Under the pieces are notes generated by a model. It was not told the DNA's origin. It made no database searches and saw only the letters and a list, made by a program, of their open reading frames with translations. From Raillietiella orientalis (lineage: Eukaryota), in assembly GCA_036172245.1 (NCBI GenBank), contig JAYWIR010000013.1, positions 4,030,001 through 4,094,000 of the forward strand: a stretch of DNA of 64,000 nt. The letters are read 5' to 3'. Of this stretch, positions 11,184 through 23,000 are shown piece after piece. The position numbers and the translations under genes are program-made. How positions within the stretch are numbered: the first letter of the stretch is position 1; every line of letters starts with the position of its first letter.

Positions 11184-13699
11184 CAACGCGCGCCTTGGCA
11201 AAAGATGCTTGTTCCAGATCCATGCTTGTTCTTCATCTAGATTGTTCAATGCAGGAAATGAAAAAATGAGGATCATTAGAGGCATTTATGAAACGAGAGG
11301 TGTTAGGGTTGTCACAGTTTAAAGAGTTTTGACCATTTTGGTCACCTTCAGGCACATATCATTTATCTCGATAGATTGTCCCTCAATGCCATCCACCACT
11401 GGAATTTGTATGAAAACCATGAGATCCATGGAATGATTGGAGAGTGACGTTTCCAGTCGCTCCTCTTCGGGCAATGGAGGCACTTTCCTCGCGCCAGCAA
11501 AGTCTTGAAAATGTTCCCAAAGTGTTGTCATTCGTCACGAATGCTTTAGGAAGCAGTCCTTGCGATTCCTCTTGACCGAAGCGAATTCGAATTCACAAAA
11601 TCAAAGAGACTGTTGAGAATTCCGAACCGAAGACGAAGGGAACCTTCAAAATTTTCTTCGGTCTGAGACCCTCAGTTTGGCGCGATTCTCTTTTCAAGCG
11701 AGCGGAGCGTCAGCCTCCACTCACTTCCTACCTCTCATTTTTCCAACACCCTCGGAGTTCTTCCACAACTGCAAGACAGCTTCCGTGGAATCGCACCATC
11801 GGTTCACGAAGTCCATCCTCGGAGACACCTCTGAAGACACCACCCTTGCCGTTTCACCCAGTGGGGTCCCACATTTCCACGCCATGCCACAAAGCAATGA
11901 CCCATCAACGTGCAGTGCGATGCATTTGCACAAATTGTACGCCGCTGTACCAAACTGTTCTGATCATGCCGGGTATTCATTCCATCGTATGGCCCTCGGT
12001 GAAAAGAGCAGGCTTCCGCCCCGTGAGGGTGGTGCCGTGGTGTCCTGTGAAAGCGATCACTCGGTGAGTACTTTGCATTGGCCTTAACGGAAGCTGCGAG
12101 TCCGCTCTTTTGGGGAATCGATCTTTTCGATTGCTGCCGCATCCGGAAAGAACGGTGTTCTCCGCTTCTCCTCTCCCTGAGATTCACAACTCATCCCTGT
12201 TTCGGAGGTGGGACCGAAAGCACGGTCTGACCTCTCTGCATCTGTTCAGGGAGGCTGCGCAGTGCTCGCTGGGCAGCCCGAGAGCTCCGCCGTGCACCAC
12301 GGAAGCGCTGGCAGAGACACCGTTCGCACACAATGGCACAGAAACACCGAAGACTGCACGTGCAGGGTTGCCACATTAGGATGATGGATATGCACGCGTG
12401 CAACAGTTGCGATTGCAGCTGCATCCCTCTTGCCGCGTCTGCAATGGATGGCCTTCCCAGAAATGCAGTTTTTCAACTTTGCGCCTTTGGAAGCGTTGGC
12501 CAGAAAGTCAGCCGGAAATTTCCTGCACGGAAAAAAAAATTCCTCGCAATGAATCTTTTGAGAGCCTCGAGGAGTTTGTGATTTCCCGGGAATTCCGAAA
12601 ACGCAGAAAAGCTCATATTAACTTCCTCCAAGATAGACGATTATAAATCTCACACAAAAGGTCAGGCATCTTAATGGAGTAACAAAGAAGCAACGATAGC
12701 TCCAATTAAGTAACCATCGGTCGATTCACAAGTTCGTTCGACGTCTTGGCGGCCATTTTGAACAAAATTAACAATGCAAGCCTTATATTATTTGGCGCAT
12801 ACTGATAAATAAAATGATAAATACCATGAAATCATGAAAAACCTTTCCATCACCTCCGAGACAATTCTCACGAGAAAAATCCTTGCAGCCGATTTCGTGT
12901 GTCCTTAAAGTTGCCAAATTCCAAGAGGTCACGAACTAAGGTATCTCAAAGTGCGTTCCTGATTGCTCTTCCTGGTCTTCAAGGGGTGCTGAGATTCCGA
13001 TTCCACTGCTCAGAGAGCCAAGATGCGACGAGAGCCACGTGAGTGCGGAAGATGCAGTGATTTTTCGCGCACCGCGGCGGATCATCAAGATAGCCTGTGG
13101 CTCAGTGGATGGAAAGTGCCACCCGATGCATCCAGGTGGAGCCAGTCGCGAGACTCATGCCACGCCCTGGGATGAGCCGCAGCATCCGCGAAGGAAGCGC
13201 ACAAAGTGTCATCCTTCTTCGAAAGCGAGATCAGCAATGGTTTCTAGGTTGGCTTCCGGAGGTGGACCACGACGGAAGGGTCAGCCCCAGCCAGCGGAGG
13301 TCGCCTCGGCCTGTGCAGATAAGCGGAACCTCGGCAATGAGATAAATCCGAGCGCCACATCTGCCGGCGCTGCGGTGGAAATGCACCGGAAGGAAAAATC
13401 ACCCTGCAGAATACGAAATAGGCTTTGATTCTCACCCTCTCCTTTCGTGGGCGCCTCATTAAAGGAGTGAGCGAGAAGTTCGAAGGAACTCGAAAATTGG
13501 CTCTCCGGAAAAGGACCCTTCTAGAGGCGGAACCGTCCGGGCAATGGAGAACATACGAGAAGCGCGTCCTATAAATCACAAATTGAGAAATTCCAAATTA
13601 AAATCATCGCCATGAATCATCCGTGGCATTAACGAAGTCCGAGGAAAGCCAAAAGGACCCATTCTTCATCGGAAGCAAATGAAATCCTCGACCAGAAGA

Positions 13700-13839
13700 C
13701 TTTCTCGAAACGTCGAAAGTGGTCAGAGGTGAGAGGGGATGCACCGAGTGGCAACCCCATGTGGACGGAACGCTTTCTTGAAACGTCGAAAGTGGTCAGA
13801 GGTGAGAGGGGATGCGCCGAGTGGCAACCCCATGTGGAC
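13700..13839 (+). repeat. Two-copy tandem duplication, 73-bp period
   Basis: CTTTCTCGAAACGTCGAAAGTGGTCAGAGGTGAGAGGGGATGCACCGAGTGGCAACCCCATGTGGAC occurs at 13700-13766 and again at 13773-13839 with two substitutions. Confidence 0.95.
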
Positions 13840-16800
13840 ACCAGAGCTTCACAGGAATACCGTTGGAAAGAATTTTGCAGAGATCGCCTCCCAGTTTCTC
13901 GCTGGAGCCTTTCGGCAGCAAATTTCGTCTACCTGGAGAGAATTCGGCGAGATTGGCTTCGTCGAAGAGCGTCGACAGGAAGAGAAACAGTTGATAGAGT
14001 TGGTGAGCGAGCGATTCGTCGATCTAAGAACGGAGAGCACTCAACCTATAACCGCGTCTTAGAATGTGAACATAAGGGAGAGTTCTTTGAAGTGCTCTCT
14101 AAGAAAGAAAGCTTTTTTCAGCATTAGGTTCGAAGAACCAGTTGAAGCTTTCGATAGGCACCGCGTTCTTCTGAGAAACCTTAAAATTAGATGGTTGCCC
14201 TCATAGATGGTTCGCCTCATAGATGAATAATTTGAAAGTAGAGGGACAGATAGACCAATGCCTACTCGCCAACGAATTAGCAGCTGCCCATATTTTCTTT
14301 AGAATACGAGGCCCCTTTTTCCCAAGAGATGGCCTTGATGTCGAAGACATGCAATCGTGGACTGCTTTTCATTTCAGGTCTCGAATCAGAAGATGTCAAG
14401 GGGACGGTCGCCGAATGGGCAATCAGGCAGTGGGCAGTGGGGTGTCGCTGGAGCTCACCAAGCACTGCTGAAGACGGACGGTTTGCAAGTTTGAATGTTT
14501 GCTGCCGTTCAAATGACCCAATCTTAGGTATTCTGTTTGGTGAGACCAAAGAACCCGGAAATCGATCACACCGGGATTGCCACGAGTTCACCGGAGGGAG
14601 CACTTATCAAAGAGCTACAGAGAAACGAAGAGAGGATGACTCGGTGGAAAGCTCGAAAGGCTTTCTGGAAAATGCAGATGTATCTCGTAGGTGGGGGAAG
14701 ATCTGTTTCCGTGGAACGAACGGAGGACGGAAGAAACCGCAAAGCTTCGGCGAAAAGCATCTTTGCGATTCTCGGGAGATGAAAAATTTTGCTCAAGAGA
14801 TGAAAAGGAGGTTTCCACCCCCAGTTAAATAGGGTGAGGTCATGATGGGATCCAGCGATTCCACTTTCGCATGCCGAGAAGTTGGCGTTCCATCTTGAAG
14901 ATGAGGGCTCGGCGGGAAGTAAAGTTGAAAGGAAGAAACAACAAATGGCTGATTAAAAAGGAAGGCAGAAATGGGAAGAAAAGAGGAGGGAAATTAAAAT
15001 TAAAATTTGGAGCAGCTGCAACGCGATTACATATTGCTAGCTGTCAGGATCTTCTGAAAAGGTGATCTGACGTACATAACATGTAGCGTATGTAGATTAT
15101 CATCAAACATAGATTGAAATACGAGCTGTTTCCAAGAGAGGTTCAAGGAAACTGCAAGTGGCAAATGAAAATTAGGTATAGAAGTTCATGCAGCCTTCAT
15201 TAGAGTCGATCTAAGTCGCTTAGCTTTGCCACTTAAATCGTGGGGAAGACAGTCCGCATTCGCAAGTGCCTTTCAACTAAATTCTACCACTTCTCACGAG
15301 GTAAGGCAGGAAAGAGGGAAATCATCTCCAGTGTGCTGAGGGTAGGCCGAGGTCAACCGAGACCTGCCTTTCTCATGCTGCAGGCACCCAACTGGTTGGA
15401 GTCTGCGAAATTCTATTTGCGCGCGATGCGAGGTGGCCGAGGAGAGATGTACAACGAGATGATGGGTCCATTTAGAGTCCAAATGTTCACCTTGCGGAAA
15501 TGCAAAACACAAATCTTTGCCGGCCTGCTATGCGGGCTCAGGCGAAAGAAGGAAATGCCTTCAAGGAGTCATCAAATTTTCGGAGAGAAGGCGTCTTCAG
15601 TGCGTCCATTCAACATGCCGGGCAGGTCAAACATGAAACTCTTAAACTGCCTCCTCCTCTTGCAATTTTCGGAACTTCCTTCGTGGTTCGGTTTCCCTTC
15701 AAGAATGAATACATTTCTCCTTCATGAAAAAACATCCCTGAATGCACTTACGATCGATCAGTCTACTGTAATAACATCTTTGCTCGTAAATTTCTTTCAT
15801 AGCCGCGTTGTAGTGAGCTTTCGAGTGTGATCGGGTGATTGAGAAGGTTGTTCGATGCATTCTTTCCAAACGCGCACTCTATTGAGGACTCAGGAAACTA
15901 AACTAGTAACTCCGAAGAAACATAGATTCCACTGATGTCACCTCTAGAGCCACTGAAGCCATCAGGCAACTACGATGATGGCAAAGGATCTCTACTTTGC
16001 CACTTTATGAATGAATGTAACAACTTACTCTAGACTGACATCAAAGGCGAATTTTTTGAAGTTTTTGGAGCCAGATACGTATATACACATTTGTATATAC
16101 ATGTGCATATGTGTGCACAGAGCCCGACTCACTTTTCATAAAGCACGAAGACGAGAAGAATTTCTCCGTTGCTTTAGATGGAAAAACCAAAAGAAAAAAA
16201 AAAAAAGGAAACGAATTACAGAATCGGGATAGGGGAAGGAATGTTGCCATGGTAAGCTCTACTAGAAGAAATTACATCCATCTCGACTGCTCGCTGATCC
16301 CAAAATCTCGGAAAGCTGAACCTACGTGAAAATCAAAATGCAGAGCTGGAATTACTCAAACAAATAAAGACACAAATTCTGAAGGATAACCTACGAATTC
16401 TGATGCAGTAAGTGTTTATTCTTAAACTGATCAAAGGGCGTGCCCAAAAGTTTATTTCCCCCCACTTGTTTTTTGTCTCCCCGAAAAAATCGAAACTTTA
16501 AAAAGCATATACAAGAAATACATTAACAAGCTTCGCAATCAAATTGCCAGTCCAAATACTGGTACAGTGCAACGTACAGAGAGCTGGGCAACGCCCATCT
16601 GTGCCACTGCTCCAGTAGCACTATGCAAAGCTGTACCATCCTTCTGCATGATGGCAGAGTTCCTATACGCTTGTGTGGTTTTGAGCCCAAGAAGGAAGAC
16701 AACTTCCTCTGGAACACTTTGCATAGAGAGGGAAAGTACCAAACGTATCTCCGGTCACCATAGCAGTACCTATTCTGAATAGAGGTTTCCCCTACTCAGG

Positions 16801-19800
16801 TTACACGGACGATCGCCTAGAGGTGAAAAAATGCTACCGAATATTGCATCCGTGCTGTGCTCATATTGAGCACAGGGTCGGATGCTGGATGTTGTAGTTT
16901 CGAGTCAGCACGCGAAAGCTTCATTCTTTTGGGAACAGATCTTTCGGTTTCATCAAAGTCAAGCTGGACATGGATGCTCCCTAATAAACCACGGACTTCG
17001 CAGTCATAGGAACGGGTTTGTCTTCCGAGAAGCGAAACCATGAGGCCCCAAGAACTCCATAATTCGATAGGGCTCAAACGAAATGGGCAGCTCGCATCGC
17101 GGTGAGTTGGATGCGATCCCGGCAGAGAAGCCTTCCTTGCCCCGGGCGTTTCTGACTGGACACGGCTGCAAAAGAGAAGCATGGAAATGCACGTGATCAG
17201 AGTTTCGTGTGCAGAGATGGTCAGTGAATCGGCTTTATTTTTGTTTATTTTTTTTTTTTTTTCATTTTTATTAGGAATCAATTTCTTTGCTCCCCACGAG
17301 CCAGCGATCCACAGAATCCATCTTTGAACAACAGCATACATGGGAACAGTGGACGAGAGAAAGAGAAAAGCACGAAACTTCAGTTGTCGGACCACCGAGG
17401 GCACCGACGCTCGTCGACAGACCTACTTTACACAGTGGGTTGCCATGGATCATGCCGACTCTCATGTTCGGAGCATGCGTCAAGTCACAATCGCCGCATG
17501 TGGACAAAGGCCGAGCGGAAGATACCTTCTCGTCATCTTCATGTTGCCTTCCTGTCGCTTTCTTATTATTAGGGCTACGTCTGCGGCGTGAGCCCCTTAA
17601 TTTTGACACTTCCTGTACACCTGCTGCGCCAATCGTCCGCTGCTTCCCCTTGGACACGAGAAAAATCCTCGGAAGGACACGTTCAGTGCTTGACCTGAGT
17701 TAGTCAGCGCGACTTAGCAGCATGATTTAGAAGATGGCCGTCGCTGACCACGGGATCGGAAACTCCCGTTCGTGCCATTTGTGAGGGAATCACCCTTTCA
17801 CCTTGCAGAACGCACGCCGAGGTTTGGCTCAGGTGGTGCAAGGCGGTGCCACCGCCGAGAATGTTCTGCACAGAACCACATGAGTGGATCCTCCACGAGA
17901 GGCGAGGCGGCAATCTCCGCACCTCCTGCCGATGATGCAGCGCCGAAATTCCAGTGGGAAAAAATCCTCCCGGTCTTCAGGATCAGCACTTGAAAGCGCT
18001 CGCACGAAGGTTCTCGGAATCGATTCCCGTCGAAAGTGACGGCCTCGAGGCAAAGCCTTTGACTCGTCATGTGATTTGTTTCGCTGACCTGGTACATCCT
18101 GGTCCGGCTGGCGCTCCAAAGATGCGAAAAGCCTCCCTCTGCACGTCAGCCTGCGACCTGGCACAGCACCGAGCATCTTCCGCGGTGTTGCTGCTTCCGG
18201 AGGGCAAACCTTCGGCGAAGCTCCGGAATGGGGCCAGCAAGACACACTGTGGAAAGTGAGAAGCTGCATCCTCGGGAGACGTTTGCTTGGGTTGGGACCA
18301 TTTCGAAGCAGGCAATAGCTTTTGCGCCGCCTGCAGAGATGCGGAGGAAAATGATCTCCCGGAATCTTCTTCGCGTTTGGGAGCTTCTTCTTCAGCACGC
18401 GTGTGCATTTTGGGAGGAACTGACCACAGGAAATATCCAAATAGGGGTGAAACAGCTTCCGACCAGAACACGCGAGGCTGCTTTGAACAAGCCTAAAAGT
18501 CTCAATGTGACGAGCTGAAAAAGCTCCGACGAAAGATGATCAGCGGAGGGGATGGACGGATGCAGAAGGGTTTCCTCCCCCATTCTCATCTTCAGGAGCG
18601 CGAGAAAAAAAATCCTTCCTGTTGGGGTGAGTTCCCAGAGGACAGATTCAACGCAATCGATTTTTTTTTTGTGTCCTAAATTATTCAACCTGACAAAGGG
18701 TTGGTATCTGCACGAAACTCTCTTTCCTTTTAGAAAGTCGACTTTCGCGAGAGGTGGGGACTTCCTTTAGAGATTCTCCGAGGAACGCTCCCCACGCACC
18801 ATTGATGTCTTTGTATGGCTCCCCAACTTTAACCCACAACGGCTTGCAATGCGCGTTGTAAGATGTCCACGCCAGGCACCGAACCAGCAGCCCGTGGATG
18901 GAGCAGCGCCTTGATCTCAGGCAGGTGCGAACCTCTGGGAAAGGGGAAAGTGCATTCTGTGATCCACCACGCCTTCGGACGATGCTGAAAGAGGAAAAAG
19001 GCATCCTCCGCAGCTGGATTCAGTACCAATGGTTCCATAGGGAAGGGAGTTGGTCAGCGGATCCGGGGAGCGATGTGACGACATCCAAAAAAGCAGCAAT
19101 TTTTCCGACTGTTTGACCATGGGGAAGCCCAGCAACATGCCGGGTGCTGACCAGCCGAACTTTGCTTGTCGTTGAGTCCGTCTTCGCCAGCAGCTGCCAC
19201 CTCCGTTCCCGAAGAGCAGACTTCACCGGGGACGAGCAGTTCCCGTATGTTAATTACGCCGCTCGTACCACGCCCGCGCCTGCAGGGAACTGCCCCGGCT
19301 GCGGGCGCAGTGCAAAAAATTGCCCCGAGGGCTGCGTGTCGTAGGTGGCTGTTTTTTTTTTTTTTTTTTCATACCTGCAATGCATTCAGCAGTAATGCAC
19401 GAACGGAGCAGCGCCGATTCCATCGTGGCATCGGAAATCTCCTGCGCCCCTCGCACGCTTTCGGCGCCATAGGTCGCCCGCTTTGCACGGAGGGAGGGAG
19501 CTCCGAATGGCGCGCGGTTCTCTTGCAAACCGCTTTGCCGAGAGGGCGTGGCCAGCCGGAGCGGTCCAGATTCCCGGAACGGAGCAACCTGTGGGGTTCC
19601 CCTGCGACAGGACGCCTTGACTTTCCCAATCCACCCATTTTCGGCCAAGCGCTCTCTTCGTTCTCTGCCATCGGAGCAATCGCTCCTCTATTCGGAAGCA
19701 GCAGCGTGCTCCGGACACAGCTGCCAGATGAGGAACTCGTCCACGCCGCCATGCTCTTCCAGCTCTTCCTCAGCTTCCCTGATCCATGCCCGTCCACCAA

Positions 19801-20303
19801 CAGCGCGGAGCATCACGTCGCCGCAGCTTTCGTATCCCTGTCCGACTTGGTTAACCCCACTCGTGAATGCCAAAGGCCTTCTTGAGAGCAGCTTCCGGCT
19901 GGCTCTTTGCGTGGTGGCTCTTCGGACGGAAGAGACGAGTGATGGAGGATGCTCCATAGTTCCGACACCATGGACCAGGATGGAGAGGCGTGCGAAAATC
20001 CGAGAGGCACACCCGAACCTGGGGTCAGGAAGGGTCTGGGGATGCTCGGAGTCGGTGTCAGAGATGCACCCGTGTGACGGAGGTGACGAGGGAATCTCAG
20101 GAATGCTGGAAGAAACGTCGAAATTTGAATCCGCCCTGTGCCCGTAGGATTGAAGCGAAAACTGCACCGTCCGTCAACTCTGTACACGCAAATTTTGATC
20201 GCCATTTTTAAATGCCCATCAGAACGCCGAAAGATCATTAAAAACAAATGTGCTTGTTTGTTACATGTATTCCACTATATCGACTGATACATATTATGCC
20301 AAG

Positions 20304-20929
20304 ATCATAAAAGCTAAGCATACATGCTTATTATGTACATTAAATTTATGCACAATTTTTTTCTTTAACATGCACATTCATTAATATAATTAAGAATGTG
20401 CATTCCTACATGTTGCTAATGTGTATTGCAAAGATTACAAGACACGAATTCATATGCCTATTGTGCATGTTAACATATGTGATAAGTACGTGCTGAGTGG
20501 ATACGCACATAGGGATTTATCAGGCGATGGAAATCCCGAATACGGAATTCACCATTTGCGGAGAAAGTAGCGTTCTTCCAGCGATGGAAATGATGGAAAA
20601 TGAATTGTAGAATTTCTTCTAGGTTTTTTTCTACATTTGTTTGCTTTCTTTAATTTCTTCCCACAATTTTCAATTATCGCCATTATTTCTCGTGATAAGA
20701 CGGTGTTCATATTGAATGCACATTTATTGTATATAAAAAAATACATTCCTGTGTGTACTAAACATACGTCTTTGCTTTTCACAGTCCTTAATATATATTT
20801 TAATTACATAGCCATGCGAATTATTAATTGTACTGATTTATGTGCATGTTAAAATAAATTGGTGTACTAATCTAAATCTAAATATATATATCATGTACAT
20901 AATAAGCACATATGTTTAGTTTTCATGAT
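20304..20929. mobile_element. AT-rich degenerate inverted-repeat (MITE/foldback-like) element within an AT-rich island (~20240-21240)
   Basis: ATCATAAAAGCTAAGCATACATGCTTATTATGTACAT (20304-20340) pairs imperfectly with 20893-20929, and TTAACATGCACAT (20365-20377) pairs perfectly with 20840-20852. Base composition shifts sharply against the flanks. Confidence 0.6.
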
Positions 20930-21254
20930 ACTCATCATATATATTAATCTACATATTAATAATATGCGTGTTGATAAATATGAATAAATGGGTATGCTCG
21001 AATAAATTTGCCCGTTATTCTATCCATACATATGCATGTATTCATATACGTAACAGCAAAATATATATATATATATTTCTTACAGTCTCCTGAATATACT
21101 TATATTATGAACCACATTACATAGTAAGCGTTTTATTAATTCTATCAATGTTTGCAATTATTAATTGTAGTAATATGCACAGTGAACGTATTATTACTTG
21201 TATTAATACATATGTGCATAATAAACTTGCGTATCGATTTTCTGCGACCTTTGG

Positions 21255-21303
21255 GGTCGGGTGGTCCAGCGTGCGAGGACGGGTTGGGTTCGAAACGCCG
21301 ACC
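21255..21303 (+). repeat. Degenerate tRNA/SINE-like head
   Basis: GGTGGTCCAGCG (21260-21271, A-box-like) and GGGTTCGAAAC (21286-21296, B-box-like), closed by GGTCGG/CCGACC pairing. The spacing is too short for an intact tRNA. Confidence 0.3.
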
Positions 21304-21559
21304 TGTCGTTGGGCAAAGGAGGGAATTTCGGACTTCGTGGCAGAACGCAGTTGTGGCGGTCAGAACTGACCTGCAGCCGAGCCACACGGAACGAACTTTT
21401 GAGTGATTTATGGTGTGCCGCCAACTCCTTGAATCCGTGTCGAACGCTGGAGCCATTGCCAGGCAACGCTGCCTCTGTGCGTCCGTTGCCGAGCAGAGCG
21501 GACGGCCCGGTGGAGCGTTGCTGATGCTTCCACGTGGAGGATATCTTCTTTGGGAACAG

Positions 21560-22327
21560 TTCCATTCCTCAAATCGTTTGAATGAGGCAAATCCTTCCTT
21601 TTCTGCCTTCGCAGTTCTTCGACACGGTTCCACGCCACCCGAGGGTGGGTAATCCTTCAAGATAGGGGTTACCCCGGGAGGGGCTCGCCCCATGAATCCA
21701 GGAAGGACTCGGAGTCCGTTCCTCTCACGCCTGGGAGGGATCCCCGGAAATGGAGATCAAGTCTATCCTGGTTGTCTCCGAAGGGGAATCAAGAAGGGAA
21801 TCTCCTTCCTTCTTCTCTCCAGAGGACCCCCGAGGGGGGTCCGCTCCATTCTTTCTTCTCTGAAGGGAACCGGAAAAGGATCCGATCCTGGAATTTCTTC
21901 TTCGGAGGGATCCCCCGCAAGGGATCCGCTCCTGTTTTCACTCCTCGGAAGGACTCAGCTTCTCCGAAGGGATCGGCTCGCTTCTCTGCACTCTCTGGAG
22001 GGGTGTTGGCGACACACCTACTCCATCAGTACGACGCGGAGGGTCCTCCCGGGAAGGGAGGTCCTCTCCTTCACAACCGGAGGGGGAACCTGATTCCTGG
22101 AAGCACCCGGAGGTAGACTCCCATTTGTGCCGGTCCTCACGGGGGGCATGCGGTTCGAACCGCGACCAGTGCCGCACCCGGATGAATGTAGGCCAGCCAG
22201 CGTCACCTTGTGGGGTGAACTCGGAACCCACGAGGCGCCCTGCGTCGATTCAGTTCGGAGTATTCGAACCCACGATGCATGGTGGTGCCACGCGCAGAGA
22301 CCACCGTAACCACACGGCCAAGGCTGC
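21560..22327 (-). mobile_element. 5' portion of the tRNA-headed L1/Tx1-like family (copy B): head plus decayed ORF1 start
   Basis: The reverse complement is colinear with 1779-2430. Shared blocks include TGGCCGTGTGG, GACGCxGGxTGGC, TGGGAGTC, CTCCAGAG, CCTTCGGAGxCAACCAGG and TGGCGTGGAACxGTGTC. Confidence 0.7.
22251..22327 (-). promoter_or_regulatory. tRNA(Ser/Leu)-like pseudo-gene head with A and B boxes
   Basis: Minus strand reads GCAGCCTTGGCCGTGTGGTTACGG...CGTGGGTTCGAATACTCCGAACTG, resembling type-II tRNA starts (GCAGCGATGGCCGAGTGGTTAAGG) and the T-loop GGTTCGAA. Acceptor and anticodon stems do not fold properly. Confidence 0.6.
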
Positions 22328-22879
22328 TGCGGGCAAGGGAATTCCGAGGTCGCAAAAGGGTCAGTCGAGGTCCTCTTTGAAGAGAGCGCCCGACTCCGTC
22401 CCTCGAGGCATTCGAAAACAAGCTGCACCGACTCGTTCCTGGTGACGAAAAAGTCCGCAGCCAGTGGGCTCCAGGTGTCACGAAGACGAACCTGCTGGCA
22501 GGAACGGGATGATGCTGAGCCGACCTCGTTCTCCCGCTGGTCGAAAAATAAGGAAATGCCCAACGAATTTCAAAGGGCGTGTCGTTTCCATGCGAAATCC
22601 AATTGACCTCGGTCACTTGGCTGCTTCCTTGCAGTCCAAAAAGCGCAGCAGTGGCGGCAGCGTTCCGTCATGAAATCGCAGTTTCCTTGGTGAAAGATTT
22701 CCTCCCAACCGGAGGGCTCCGCCTCTGATGCTGAAGATTCGAATGGGTTCCCGGAATGGCTGCGGTGCGCAGTGCAAGAAATGCATCTGAAGATCACTTG
22801 ATGCCGATGAAGTCTTTATGAAATGGTAAGGAACCACCGTTCCATAAGGACCACCCTTTCATAGTTCCACAATGTCCTC

Positions 22880-23000
22880 GCCGAGGGCCGACGCTCCCGG
22901 GCGGGATTCGAACGCGCTACCCGCGGAGGCCGCCGAAGCGTGAGGCTGGTCTCTCGGCCCCCGGGCTCGAATTCCCTCAAAAGGGCGGACACAGGCAAGC
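22880..23000 (-). mobile_element. Additional isolated 5' head of the same family (copy D)
   Basis: Minus strand contains TTCGAATCCCGCCCGGG (22896-22912), a 17-mer identical to 1818-1834. The preceding GGCCTCC...GTAGCG matches 62698-62725. Confidence 0.5.

Noticed and set aside
11721..11933. Trypsin-like phrase IALHVDGSLLCG on the minus strand
   Set aside because: No TAAHC or GDSGGP catalytic motifs nearby.
13700..13839. CRISPR-like repeat
   Set aside because: Only two 67-bp units with a 6-bp gap, no spacers, no cas genes, and a eukaryotic context.
22251..22327. Functional tRNA gene
   Set aside because: A and B boxes are present, but there is no proper acceptor stem or anticodon arm and no oligo-T terminator. 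Treated as a retroelement head.
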